NCBI RefSeq assembly: GCF_008831285.2
Contig: NC_045138.2
Span: 2,542,001 to 2,606,000 of the forward strand
Direction of reading: 5' to 3'
Source: Nymphaea colorata
Lineage: Eukaryota
Length of the DNA: 64,000 nt
Within the stretch, counting starts at the first letter, position 1. Each line of letters starts with the position of its first letter. The notes beneath the pieces are model-generated. The model ran no database searches. It was not told the DNA's origin and worked only from the letters and a program-made list of their open reading frames with translations. Below are positions 23,284 to 37,463 of this stretch, in pieces. The position numbers were made by a program, and so were the translations under genes.

Positions 23284-26200
23284 TCAAACATCAGAACTTC
23301 CATTAAATCCAGGAACAAGAAGTGCTTCAAATTGGGTTCTCTCCAGCTCCTGGCTTTTCTTGGTCTTCACCTTATCCAGCCGAGCCTTTCTAACAGCATG
23401 TTGGATTTTCCTCTCATGTTCTTTAAGCATCTCATCGATGTTTCCAGTAGGGGGCAGCAAAGGCCCAGAGTAATGAATTCTGTTCTTCTTACGTCCATAA
23501 TCCTGTAAACAAGCATCAAGCTACTGAAATCACTGGCATGCATTAAAAGTTTGCAAAATTTGCACATTCAGAGCTCAGGCGTGCATACTAGCATACCAAA
23601 GACAGATTTGAAAAGCAGAAAAAGAGCCAGAAATGAAAAAAATCTGGCTGCAATCTAGTTTCTGGACATAGGTAAAACAATCTAAAGATATCAACACATT
23701 TTTCCGTTCGCATTCGAGCATTAAAGCATAGGAAAAATTCTAGAGGTGACCATTGCATCTACAGTTGAAAGGCTAGATCTACATGTATATTGACAAGTTG
23801 GAAGTGTCCCAGGAGTTTGAATCCAAAGACTTTGTACCCTATGAAGCTTGGTGTAACCCTCAGCTGACAGTGAACATCAAAGGTTTATCAACTGAAGGCC
23901 AGCCCACGTGTTCTACAAGAAGTGTCAAGTTGGAAGGACCACAGGGGTCTGAATCCCAAAATTTTCCCCATGAAACTGGGTATATCCTCTTAGAGCCAAC
24001 GTGTTTTTGGTGATTTATGGGAATGGTCATTCACTTACTAGGGAGCTTCATACCCCAACTGCCATCCCCCCCTGAAAAGAGGAAGAGAAACGAAAATAAA
24101 CAAGCATAGAACTACTTACAGTTGAATCCCTGATCCTGTCATCTTTCTTATGAGCTGTTGTATGTCTATCGAGTAAATGGTGAGTCCACTGTTGCTTCTC
24201 TGATGGTTCAGTGGATTCAGATAGACTATATTCATCCAAAGCCTGCTCTGGCCAATGCTGTTGCCTTCCTCTTGCCCTGCTATGGTCAGGCTCACCATTG
24301 CTTCTCACCGGCAAATCTGACGAGTACGGCAGTTCAGAGGACACATGTGGCATGCAAGATCTTTGTGACCTTAGTTCAGCAGTTGTTGAAGCTTTCACAC
24401 CCTTGCCACCATGTGATCTACCAGGAACTGTGTGATGATCACTCTCCTTTTGCTTCTGATACCTTCCCGGCCCAAAAGCATTGGCATGAATTAAAGGGCC
24501 CGAATGGGAGAAGCCATTCTGTGCACTTTCCTGGGGCATGATGTTGGGAGGTTCAATAGGGAACCCTGAACCAGCATCCTCTGCTTGAGGTTGATACCTC
24601 ACGCTGCTACTTTTAGGATTTGCATGGCCATGCCTCCTCTGGAAAAGCCAAACAAATAAAAAACAATCAGGGCTACAATAAAAACAAAAGGTTTTAATAT
24701 ATTTAGTATTTGCCTTGTCTATCCAAGTACTTATTTTCCTTCTAATTCTTTTCATTGGCATTTAGCAATGCAAATGAAAATTCCTGTTGCGGACCAAAAA
24801 AGCTTATCAGGATTGCTTAAAAGGCTACACGAACTGCCCAAAAAAGTCAACTTATTAGGTCAAGTCCTTTCATTTGAAATTTAGTTTTTCTTCCTCAGCA
24901 AGATCAAAGTATCATGCAGGTGGTCTTTGTAATCTGTTAGCTCTTAAGTTTGATCGAGCTACCAAAGCTTAAACAGTAAACACAGATAGTGGCATTCTTG
25001 TGGGAACTCAAAACTGTCTGTTTAATGTCCAAGTCAAATCCAGATACTTTGAAACCTATTTCAGTATTTCTATCTATTCATCACTTATGTCAGCATTCAG
25101 ACGCCAGATCTTCACTCTTTCAGAAAATTGTGGAGACATGATCAGCTGAGTGCATTTTCTGTCGATCAATTGGATGGCATGTAAAGGTACTAAGCCACAT
25201 GAAAGGCAAGTCAGTTGTGGGATTCAGACATCTGGAAGAGATCAGAATTCAACTTGAGTAGTTCCATGGAGAATCAGACATTTAATATTTTGTTCAAGGT
25301 ATAACTACTATGAATTATTCCCGAGTACATTATTCCTCAAAAAGAAAAAGATAAAAAGGAGAAGCTGTCTGGAACAATGAAACTTAGATGTTCTATGCAT
25401 ATGTTTTCCCTGAGAGAATGTTCTATAATATGATCATGGAAAAGGTTATGCAGAAAGAAAATTAAAAATATAGATACCTGGAACGAGGCCTGTAGTTCAG
25501 CATTTGCTTCTGGTGCTAGCAATGCTCCAGCTGCTCCGAGTCCTTTACTTCTATTATCAGGTTCGCGTGCATTTCGCCTAAAGTAATCAAGGAAAAGCTA
25601 CACATGTTAACTCACTTCGCAATCATTTAAAAATATTGTAGATTATCATAATCATTTCTGTCCTACTCTGCAAGTCAATATAGACTAGCATCTATCTCTC
25701 TCTCTCTCACAAGGATGTACGTGCACCCAAGAACACAAATTTGCTTGAATAAGTAAACTCATGTTTCCTTAGCTGCTATTATGTCAAACCAGCATCTAGT
25801 CACTGGCATAGTTATTTACCAAGGATGTTTAGTACCTATCTTTTTTATTGGAACTTTTATGGGTTTACCTTGTTATAGACTATGCATACGCACTGATGAA
25901 CTCATTGGGCATCACAGGGATTCACCTCCTTTATATATATATATGTGTGTGTGTGTGTGTAGATATGTAGACATAAACAGAGTAGCAGAAGATATAAAGA
26001 ACACTATATGGCATTACAAAACATAAGGAAACATCCATAGTATCTCTGTACTGAACAAGTAAATCTGCAAAATTCTATTTTAGTCAGCTGATCTGGATCA
26101 ACTCAAACTGACTAGTCTAGGGTAATTCCTTTAGGGCCTTGGCCATTCCAGCTTTTGATTGGATAGCTAATCTTAGCTGACAGTGAGTACTAAGAATTTC

Positions 26201-29200
26201 TTTCATAAACAGTATAGCTTTCTAAAAACTAAAAAGAATAAAGGACTTGCTTATATTCCAACATAAGCTGAGAAAGGTCCACAAATCTGCAATCTGGAAG
26301 AATAACAACTCACTGAAAAGCATTATAACATCTCTACAAGATAAGAAGTTTAGATCCAGAGAAGAATGCCGGAGCTAATCTTTCCAAATACACTAAGCAG
26401 TACTAGTTCAGAAAATTGAAACCTGCCAGTTGCTGGATCGATAAATGTTTAAAAGGCATGGCTAAATGCACCATAAACCATGGCTAAAAACATCATAAAG
26501 CATCACTACATCATAAACTGTTGCTACTGCTTCTGTTGCATGGGTGTTTTTAACAATGGTTTCTAAATATTTTGTCATCTGGGAACATCTAGCAGTCGGC
26601 TGATTTCATTTCCTCCTACTAGTTCAATAAGATCGACAAATTAACCTCATATTTCTAGACAACTATAATGTAAACATAACTCATTTGATGTATATTATTC
26701 CGTCTTCTATGAGGAACAATTACCAAATACCGTTTCTAGAGCCTACCCCAAGGAGGCAAGCCTTATTATACAATTGCAGGACCACTGTGAAAGTGACTCT
26801 TGAACATTGGGTGGAAAGCCAGAAATATATGAAAGACTAGTTCTTGGGCAACTCTACAGAACATCCAATTATCACCTTATTTGCCATTAATCTAATCAAC
26901 AATTTTTAGCATATTCTTTCTAACAAGAAAGTTACTTAGGTGCCACTAATATAATCAACAATTTTAACATATCCTCTCTAATAAGGACGAAAATCACTTG
27001 TGTCTATATCAAAAGCGTACCTCCTAGCTTCATCACGAAGTTTAACATCAAACTCTTTGCTTGGTGGATATTTTGGCAAACTTGATGGATCACAAGGGAG
27101 TGGCTTTGTTGTGAAGAACTGCAAGAAGTTAGAGACCACCCAGAATTCAGAATTTACTTATGCAATTTGAAACGACACTGAGCAATTATACTATCTGATG
27201 AATGAATATGATGGAAAGAACATGTGATGTGCAGAAAGTTATCCTAGAACTAGTTATGAAGTCTTGCAGCCCTATCTCAGACAGGCACATGCAAACAAAT
27301 ATACACAACAACGAAAGGAACTTCACAAATGAGGTCTAAAAGGTATATAATTGCTAGTAAATGTTTTAAAATTGCTTGTGAATCCAGCAACCAAGCACAA
27401 CGTCTTTGCGAGAAAAACAATAAAATCAATTGTTCAGCAAACCATTTATATAGTTCAAGATAGGGACAACAATTTCAGTGAAAGTCAACAAGGTAATTTA
27501 CTAAAGCAATTTCTACATGCACAACCTACCAACCAAAACCTTCAGAACTTTAAGTGATGACAATGTTAAAGAAGAAGTTACTGGCTCCAAATTCCAGAGC
27601 ATAGGAAGGCATTTTATTTCAATTTGCTAACTAGAATGTTCAAGCTTCTTCAAGTGTGGCACAAAATTATACTATTTGAAACAAGGTGAAGATTCAGAGA
27701 ATCTCTCTCTCTCTCTTTTCTCTCTCTCACACACACACATCTGTACATAAAGGATAACACCATTCAGCATAGCAGCTATCTTGCAATTTATCTCTACATG
27801 TTTGGCTTCAGCCAGGAAGGAGGGACATATAGCTCGTGAAACATTGTGCGAAACTTCTGGAAGAGGATGCAATGTCAAAAAAGGGTGGGGGGGAGGGGGC
27901 TTCTTCATGGACCTAGGCCCATTTTAAAAATTCTCAGCATCCATCTCTGCACTTGCACATATACCCAGTGACATAGCCTGCAAAACCTAAGGTGGACTGC
28001 CTGAGAAATACAAGATATTGAAAAACTAAAAAATCATTAACACCAAACATATGCAATATGTCCATATTTCCCTCAGGACGTCTGTGGGATTACCTTAAAC
28101 CAGTATTGGAAAAAGGACATGCATAAGGGAGACAAAAATGAGCAAGGAGATCCAAAGTAATGTTGAAATATTTAAGAAGAAATGAAAATAGCAAATAAAT
28201 ACTTACTTCGCTCTTAAGTGCAGAAGCAGCTGTACCACGGTTAGCAGGTTCAATGGCAAGAATGGAATCCAATAGAGACAAAGCCGAAGATGGAAAATCC
28301 CTGAATGTTTCTGCAACACAACGCTTATATGGTTGCTGAGGTTTAAAGATGGTTGCATGGGGCAGTTTTGATTTTCTCCAGTAATCTTCTGATGGAGAAC
28401 CACATAGCTTAAAGATCTTATGCAGCTGCTCGACCTAGAACACATTAAAAAATAATAATAATAATCAGAATTAAAAATAACTTTCAAAACATTAGTAGCA
28501 GAATGAACACAATGTGACAATTTCGACAGAAGACACAGTAACAAAAGGGGTTAAACTGCAAGAGAATGTGAATGCACAAAAGAGGTTATCAAGCAGTCTA
28601 GTTTTCATCAACAATGATACAATGACCGCTTCAAAAGTACCTCAGTTCGTCCTGGCATGATAGGCTTTCCTGCAAGCAATTCAGCAAGGATGCAACCAGT
28701 GCTCCATAAATCAACTGCAACATCATATTCTGTTGCACCAAGTAAAAGCTCTGGAGGTCGATACCATAGTGTCACCACACGGCTTGTCAACGGCTGTTTT
28801 TTGTCAGGGTTGAAAAAGGTTGCCAAGCCAAAATCCGCTATCTGAAGAATACCATTATTGTCAATAAGGAGATTCGATCCCTTAATATCTCGATGCAGAA
28901 CCCCCCGACTATGGCAATGGTCCAGTCCAAGAAGAAGTTGCTTCATATAGCATTTAATCTGCCAAAGCAAAATTTAAGTTACAATCCTATATCTCATCTA
29001 ACAAGAAAAAATTTAAGAATGTTTATGCTCATAAATGGTATAAAGTTATAAACTACACCCAATGAGAATGTGCCATCAAGTTGAATAGGATAATAGATCA
29101 AATTGTGTACAGCTACCTAGCTAGGGAAGTACCTGCGGCTCTGAGAACTTCACACCTGGCATACCCGCAAGACCAGCAAGATCATGCTCCATATACTCAA

Positions 29201-31084
29201 ACACAAGGTACAAGCTGCAAGACATTCGTGATGTCACAATCCCTTCAAGCTTCACGACATTTGGATGGTCAAGTCTGCGAAGTATGTGAATTTCTCGTGC
29301 CATGAAACGAACACTTTCAGGATCTTGATTTATGAACCGAACTTTCTTCAAAGCTACAATTTTCCCTGTTTCAAGATCTCGTGCTCTAAACACATTACTG
29401 TATGTTCCTTGACCAATCTGCAAACAGGAGGCACCAGTTAATGCGGTTGGTCAAAACTCAAAAGTATGATAATACAATAAGGAAAGCAGGTAATCCAAGA
29501 CCACATACAAAATACCAACTGATAATACAATAAGGAAAGCAGGTAATCGAAGACCAAATGCAAAATACCAAACTTTTACATAATGATTTTTGGAGCATAA
29601 ATCCAAAAATGCAAATAGTACATGGAAAGAAAAAACCAAGTTTCATGAGGGAAGAAAAGGACAAACCTCAGCATGTCATTGAAAATGGATGATACTTTTC
29701 CATAAAAATGGATCCAAGTTCAGGTCAAGAGAAATGCTTAAAACATACTGAAGAAACTTTAACCTCTGTTACACTTAACTTTCTATCAAGATTACAATTT
29801 GAAGTTATTGCTTCAATTAAACTTTTTGACACCTCCTGCAAAATTTCTTCCTTTGTCCTGTTGGCTATACACTATACAGCACTGAATTGGCATACAGTAA
29901 CTCCCATGCGAATCACTTCAGTTCATGGACCAGGGGCAATAGAATCTAAACTGCTTCCATTCGGAGAGATGACTATTAGGTCAGAAAAAACTGCTATGAC
30001 ATGCTTATACCACAGAATCATGATGTCTCAGGTGCCCAAATAGTTCCAATTGACCTTTCAAAAAAGAAGTGCAAAACAACCACATGAAGCAGCAGCAATC
30101 TATCTAACCTATCAAATCTCCAGCCAATTCAATGAGTTGTATTCTTACTTTCTTCATAAATACATACTAAACTGTAATATTTGTTTATCATGCCTAAAGC
30201 AGATGCAGGAATTAACATTCATCTGTGTTACTGTTCAGATCCTTAGACAAATTTTACGTGCTCCAGTGGAGGCTGAACATCGATAGATAACTGAAAGAAC
30301 TTCATCGCAAGACACTTTCAGCCACGCAATAATAATCACACAGACCAGATTTTTGAATGAGAAGCAACTCCATGGAATGGAAAAGGAATTCAAAATCAGT
30401 AGTCAAACAAAGCTAGAAGAACGATAAGACATCTACTGGATCCAGAAGCCTGTGATTCTCTAGACAAAGTAAATGAAACCAATCAAGTAAATTAGTTTTG
30501 TTCTAAAGGATTTAAACCCAAAACCAGCAACGTAAGATACCAACAATTGAAAGAGAAACGCATGTGGCATAGAAACTATACGCCAAATGAAAAAATTGAT
30601 TAACCTTGTCCAATTTCTCGAATGAATCAGCCCGACGGGGAACCCACCCATTGATAGCTTCTCCCGCCACTGCAGTAAGCCACGGCGGCCACCCCGCCGC
30701 AACCTGCTCGCCCTGGGTCCGATTAGTCACACTGGCGCCCCACAAGCCATGATCCTCACTCGTGGAGACAGCAACAGTGGAGTGCCTCTGGAGATTTCTC
30801 TTTGGCCTCTCAACCTGCTTCTCCACTTGCCTCTCGACCTTCTCGACTTTGCTTTCTTCTGCATATGATACAGGCGTCGCCGCGGCGTTCTCCGCCTGGT
30901 TTACGATCAGTCTCTCCCTCGCGTCCCCGTCGGTTGCATGCTCTGACTCCAGCACCACCTCTTCCCTCCGCGAGGCAATGCCTATACGCCGGGCCGAGGC
31001 AGAGACCATGATGGAGCTCTTCCCCGATCGCGTGGTCTCGACGAATTCATCTGTTTGAACGGACTTAGAGCAAATGCAGCCCAT
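23284..31084 (-). CDS. Plant CDK-like Ser/Thr kinase (CKL family; At1g54610/At1g09600-like), 748 aa, 8 exons
   Basis: Exons 31084-30605, 29417-29133, 28958-28641, 28434-28207, 27118-27021, 25577-25478, 24638-24120, 23502-23284; all GT-AG and in phase (2247 nt). MGCICSK N-terminus, AAGWPPWL, IGQGTYSNV, PESVRFMARE, HRDIKGSN, DFG, SRVVTLWYRPPE, LPKYPPSKE, IHYSGPL..NIDEMLKEHERKIQHAVRKAR. Confidence 0.96.
29467..29571. repeat. Tandem duplication, 2 x 53 bp, in kinase intron 1
   Basis: TGATAATACAATAAGGAAAGCAGGTAATC..AGACCA.AT.CAAAATACCAA starts at 29467 and 29520. Confidence 0.85.
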
Positions 31085-32563
31085 AATCTCACAGAGTTCC
31101 CCGTATCCTCACAGGAAACTGCCCAAGCGAAACGATTCTCTGAAACTATCGGTGACCCACGATGCATTAAGGCAAAGTTTCAACCAGCATTCATCCGCAA
31201 ATTCCTCAAATTCTCCGCACCCCAAAATCTCCAAACTAAACAACTTCCACAGAAACACCCGCCACCAACGAAAGCCCAGTTCCCTGAACCCTGAAAAAGG
31301 CGATACCAACAAACCTACGTACTAATGGAATCCATATCTGCCACCGCCACCATCACCAGAAAAGCACCGAAAAGTTCGATCAACTAATCGAATCTCGATC
31401 GATCGTCGATTCTCTCAACGACCCACTTCACAAAATCAACAATCCAAGCAAATCCAAAAAAAAAAAAATAACAAGGAAAAACCGTGGCCCAATATCTCAA
31501 ACGCCGCAAACCGGCACCAAGAAGTATCCTTCAACCAATACACGATATTGGTCTCTCTCTCTCTCTCTCTCTCTGTCCGCGCACGTGTGTCTGCGTGGAT
31601 GCTGTGAAAGAACCGGTCGCTGGTTAACTAAGGAAAGGAGGTCTCAAAGTAAGGGAACAGAAAGGATGAAGGGAAAGAGGTCTGGATAGAAGGGGACTGG
31701 TGGGAGAAGACTCAAGAGTCGATAGAGACGCAAACGAATCTCCATGTGGAAGGAATGATGGTTTTGTTGGTTTTGGGTTTGGAAGAGTCACGCAACTGCT
31801 AGCGGGTGGGGGATGGGGAGGGTTTCTCGGATCTTAAACCCCAAGAAACCCTCCCTGCCTCACCCTTTCAGCAACTCTCTCTCTCTTTCTCAGCCGTGGG
31901 GGAGAGAGAACATTTTCTCGTCGTTCCCACCTGTACTCTTTCCCCATTTTGGCTGATCAATGACTCGGTCACTCAAAACCAGCTGCAAAAGATTCCGCCA
32001 CAGTTTGTACGCGCTTCTAGTTTGACTGTAACAAGAGAGAGAAAAGAGAAAAGAAAAGCTCGAGACAGAGAACTATGAGTAGGTCAACTTCGTGGACCCT
32101 GATAAAGGGCTCAGCTTGGACCCACACTTGCTCGATGTCAAAATGGGTTCGATCTTCTCTCGTCACAGTTGCTGAAAAATGATCAAAATGTGTTTAATAT
32201 TCCATTATTTTTGCTATAGTTATGAAAAAAATATGAGAGCAAACTAGTCTTTTTTCAGGACGCTATAACTTGCAAGTTAGTCTGGATCAATCAGATTCTT
32301 AATGAAACTTTACTTGTTATGCAAGGTTAATGAAGGATATATGTATTGGATTTGGATAAGATGTCTTAAACAATTGGCTTAGAGAAGTAAGAAATACAAT
32401 TTTAAAAAGTATTCAATCAGAGACAAACTATATAGTTTTGAATGAAACTTGGTTTTTGACATACCATCATGCAAATTGGATATGGTTTTATATTTAAAAC
32501 GGTATTCAAATATAAATTTAAAAGTCAGATTCAGATTGGATGTAAATTGAGAATTTAAAGTTC

Positions 32564-32821
32564 GGATCTAAACATAGTACAAACTTTTCTTTGTTCATAT
32601 TTGCATAAATATAAAGATACATCCGATTCGAATCTGATCAGTTGACATCACATTTAATTAGCTTTGAACCGTAGATAGATAACTCATTCAAAGGATCTAA
32701 ACATAGTACAAACTTTTCTTTGTTCATATTTGCATAAATATAAGGATACATCAGATTCGAATATGATCCGTTGACATCACATTTAATTAGCTTTGAACCG
32801 CAGATAGATAACTCATTCAAA
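32564..32821. repeat. Tandem duplication, 2 x 129 bp, near-identical
   Basis: Unit GGATCTAAACATAGTACAAACTTTTC...GATAACTCATTCAAA starts at 32564 and 32693 with about five substitutions. Confidence 0.93.
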
Positions 32822-32899
32822 GAAGGTTAGGTTACAAGAAAAAATGAGGTCATCCGATCATGTCACCCACTGCGGGTGATCATATGGAACACCCAACAA

Positions 32900-33170
32900 A
32901 GCCCAAAAGGCATAGAGTTGCTTGTTGATGAATGAATGTTTCACCGGAAGAAGGTCACCCACCAGAATAACTTGATTGACTTTCTTTCTTAAAATCCTAC
33001 ACTCATCGATTCCTCCCACCCCACTTGGATTGGGAGTCCAAGATATTTTATCTCGCTTAAAGACCGGGGCAACCGTTGCCATTGATTGTTAGTCAAAGTT
33101 CTTGAATTCAGATCCATTTGGTAAAAAGATTTGGAAAGTGTTATCCTTAGTTGGTCTTGGATCTTTCAAT
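32900..33170 (-). mobile_element. LINE (L1-type) ORF2 remnant, end of the reverse-transcriptase domain
   Basis: Minus-strand frame reads QLRITLSKS...(~25 aa)...EIKYLGLPIQVG, matching the plant LINE pattern GL.IN..KS ... PIKYLGLPL. Stops and frameshifts on both sides; boundaries approximate. Confidence 0.55.
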
Positions 33171-34292
33171 TCCATCAATATGGGTGCAGCAGGTGAACCT
33201 TTTTAGCTAAAACGATGTAGAAAATTAAGTTGTGTAGCAGCCCTTGTGAAGTTTTACGCCGGAATCAACGTGTTCGAGTCGAATAGGTGGTAAATCGATT
33301 TGATTTTGTAACAACTCGACCCACTTCAATACGATCACTTAATTCAACATATCTCAACCTATTTCTTAGCTGTTTCAGTTTCAATCCAAAAAAATTAAAA
33401 ACCAACACAACCAGCTACTTAACAACCTATTTTATAAGTCCTTAAAGATCTATCATAATTTTCAATACAAAACTAAACTTCTCACATAAGAAAGATGTTA
33501 AACTTTCACTAATTTGTAATGTATTTTAATTTTAAATTATTTTTTACATATTTCTCATTTGTTAAATGACATTTTTAAATATTTTTAGCCGATTCAGTTG
33601 GCTTTTTTTAATACTTTCAGTTGATTCACATGAATGCCTACTCGGATTGGAAGCCAATTTTGGGAACGCTGGTTAGAAACGTTCTTGAGATGAGAACCCT
33701 GAATTAAGGTTTGTAAAAAATTGTTTTGAATTGTCAAACTCATATTCACCAGCCAATATAAGGGCGTTAAGTGTCACATTATTTTATTTATAATAATTTC
33801 ATAATATTTAAATTTTTTAATTAGTTTAAATATCTATTGAATGTTAATATGTATACAATCGTTGATCTTGTTCAATTCAATTCAACTCCAAGGTGGTATC
33901 CTCCTTTGAGTAGTTTATATTAATTAATAACTTTTGGCTCCCGTGATTATAAATTTATAATATTAATGGGTTTTTTTTGAAACAGTAACAAAATGTTATT
34001 AATATACTTTAAAATTAGAGCAGATTCATAAAACATATGTTAAAATGTCTTATGAATTTGTTTCAATTTTTTAACCAAAGTTCTTGAGACAGTAAAAAAA
34101 AAGTATTACTATTATCAAACGACTCATGAAACCAAATATAATGAGTGAAAAACAAAAATTGTCATCCTTATCCTTAGGTAACAAAATGCCATATTCACAA
34201 TGCAAATCCTTGCCTCTTTCATACATTTGTTATCAAATTTTTAAATTGTTCCTATATGTAATTTATCATGGAAATTTGAAATCGGTGTGACA

Positions 34293-34756
34293 TATAGTTG
34301 GCAAGCCTATGACTCAGACTCAGATCGATTGAAGATTGAGCCATCAGGCTAGACAGTTGACTCGGTGAGTCGGCTGAGTTAAGTTATAAGCTTTTAGAGT
34401 GCGTTTTTTTTCTACAAAATAGATGAAAAATGTAAGTCTCTTGGGGACTTCATGCTTAATTTTTTTCATAAACTAAAATTAGATAGTATGTAATATGAGT
34501 ATTTGTATATATTTAATAAAGTTTGTGATAGCTCACAATTCAAATAATAATAAACATCAATATTCATCAGCAGAACCGGAGCTAGAACTTTTTTGTTGCA
34601 GCGTGGAACTATAGTTTCTAAACTTTAACAGGAATCGAAATATAAATTTTAAAATTTTTACACATTAAGCTAATTTTTTTAAAATTTACAAGTAAAATTT
34701 CTATGTTAGCCGATACGGGTGACTCACGAAATGAATTGGCGAGTTTGCCAACTATG
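34293..34756. mobile_element. MITE with (C/T)ATAGTTGGCAA termini, carrying a nested fragment of another MITE
   Basis: Left TATAGTTGGCAAG, right TTTGCCAACTATG. GACTCGG/GAGTC subterminal motifs. Weak 8-bp TSD (GTGTGACA / GTTAGATA, 5/8). ~34569-34700 resembles the element at ~55810-55950. Confidence 0.6.
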
Positions 34757-35138
34757 GTTAGATACTGTGGTGGTTAAATATTTAAAATATACTTTAAAAA
34801 CATTATAAACTATTGGTAAAAGTACTATAAACAGTTGGAAAACAATGAACTGTCGTCAATGCTCTCATAAATAAATAACAATCTTATATAACAACCTTAT
34901 AATTATATTTTAATTATCTAACCATCCAGCCCGCCTATTTCAGTTCTTCCTTAAATAACAGCCTTATAATTAAATTATGAGTTGAAAAAGTAAGTCATCT
35001 CTCATAGTCTTTCTCGATAATCTCTTCACTTGTTTCTTTCTTTTTCTTTTTCTTTTTTTTTGTTTCCTTTCCCTCTTGTTTTCATTCTGTCCTTTCTTTT
35101 CCTTTTTTTTTCATCAATTTTTTGTTTTTCTTTCGGTC

Positions 35139-35301
35139 CATCGAAGTGAAGTCAAAATTTTTCATGAGAGAGGTCGAATTAAAGTTTTCTAAATTTTGAC
35201 ATGAGCGGAAATATCATTTTTCAAAATTAAAAAAAAAACAAGTGAAATTTTATAAAAGTTACATGCAGGCCCCTGCCGACCCCCTATTCGCTCCGCCCCT
35301 G
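35139..35301 (-). mobile_element. MITE, CAGGGGCGGAGC-terminus family (copy)
   Basis: Ends GCTCCGCCCCTG; body collinear with the 9933-10107 copy. Confidence 0.75.
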
Positions 35302-36598
35302 AAACAGGGTGTTAATCAACTTGTCACCAAATTTTAGTGCTTGTTGTTTTTTCTGCTGATCTTTGTAAATCCAATGACAACTTGTCACCAAATTTTAGTT
35401 TTAATCTCACCATTTGATCGGCTCTCCTGCACTCTAGTTTGGAAATAGTTAAGTAAAATGACGTTAATGAATTTAACAACAAAAATCAAACATTTTTCTT
35501 TTAGTTGAGAAAGAAACGTAATGAATACCATTTATTATAGAAGATTTATGATTAACACATGAATTAGATTTGGTTAATATCAACATTATTGAAGCCCAGC
35601 CATGTCGACGAACAAATATTGTAATTTCTCATATTCTTAGTTCTTAAGAAACTGACTGAAGAGAAGAGTGGAGAAGAAGCCTATATTCAGTACTCCTTTA
35701 TTAAAGAAAAGGTTTGCTGACCTCAGGTATGAGCTCATCTGACCTCACATATAGCAAATCTCAGTAAGTATTGGATCTGATATGGATCCATTAGGATCCT
35801 CACTGTAAATGCATGTACAGCTTGAAGGGAATCCATACAGTTCAGGTTCGAACTAACTGAATGCTAATCTTGGGAAACAAGAGGTGAGGTTTCGATTGGA
35901 CCGGGTCCAGTTGTTATAAAGATCATTTTTTTGAATTGAATCAGTTTAATCGGTGGTTAATTGACAATAAATAATAAAAAATTATTTTTAAAAAAATAAA
36001 TGAAATTATATAAAAAAGTAATTTAAAATAATAACATTTTAAAACAATTAAAAATGTTAAAAAATGAGGCATGACCATCGACCACTGGACCGAATTGGTT
36101 TGAATCCGAAGGGTTTATCAAGTTCTGATGCATAGTCACATGGTAAGTGGTCCAAGCAACGTAACGATCACGTACAATCCAATCGAATTCAAACCTGGCA
36201 GTTTGTAGCGTAAAAGATAAGTTAAATAAAACTAGAATTTAAATAAAAGCATACAAGTAAAGTTGAGGATAAATAAAATAATAAAACGTGATGTACGTGG
36301 GGACTGCTCGTTCTCTTTTTAATATTTTCTTATATATTTATTTTATTCATCTTAAAACATTTTAATATTTTGCACAACAGTTTCACCTGACTTATATAAC
36401 TATTTTTGTACAAGCCGCAGTATTATAAAACTTTTCTACAATGAACTGAAATGCATGGTAATAAAATTTTATCTAACCATAAGATTTGAACTGATAAATC
36501 TAGACTTCTTCTAGTTATCTTGCCCTTTTTCTCTCCCTCAAGTTGAAGGGCAAAGAGCTGAGCCTTCAACTTGCATTGCACGTATGAAAATAAATAAA

Positions 36599-36698
<100 letters not shown>

Positions 36699-37325
36699 GA
36701 TCTATCTGAATCAATATTGATTATTGAATGCATATCTACAATGCAAGTAAAAAAGCATCAATATTGTAAAGACTGAAATCAATCTTAAAGATATTTATAT
36801 TGATTTTTTTTTTTTTCCTACATGTCTAGACAAAAAATTGGGGCCTAAGATATGTCCAAATCGAAATATCAGTGTCAGGCCTTTGTCAAGTCCGGACCTT
36901 TTTGTTGTTCTTATTGGGCCAGGTTCGGACTCAAATCTTATAGAAATCCGAACTTTTGTATCTACTTGGATGAGGAAAGGCCCTACTAGATCCAAATGAA
37001 TACAATTAATCCAATGTGGGGGCACCAGACCTACATCATTGATCCAAGCATCTGATGGAAACCGACTCTCGGGATATTTTGGAATCAGATTCCATACCCT
37101 ACAGGGTTTCCACCTGACAGGTCAAATTTAATGAATTAGAACAACTCCATGATAGGTAAGTCGATCCAGATCCTTCCCATACCAGATCTGATATTGTCTG
37201 GTTTAGGCCAATAAAGGAAGAGGTTCGGTTACCAACCGATTCATGCATAACGGATCCGATTAATATCCAGAGCCCCGGGTATGATGTTCAACCTCAGCCT
37301 ACTCTAGATCTGGGTTCCTATTACC

Positions 37326-37463
37326 CAGGGGCGGAGGCAGGGTAGAGCCCACATGGACCCAGACCCTATCTCATTTTTTTTTTTCAAAAAAAAAAACTAC
37401 ATATAAATTTTAAAAAAATTCATTTGTTTTGTATAAAAATTTTGAAAAATGATATTTCAGCCC
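37326..37463 (+). mobile_element. MITE, CAGGGGCGGAGC-terminus family (3'-truncated copy)
   Basis: Starts CAGGGGCGGAGGCAGGGTAG, follows the 61498 copy to AAATGATATTTC, then diverges. Confidence 0.7.
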
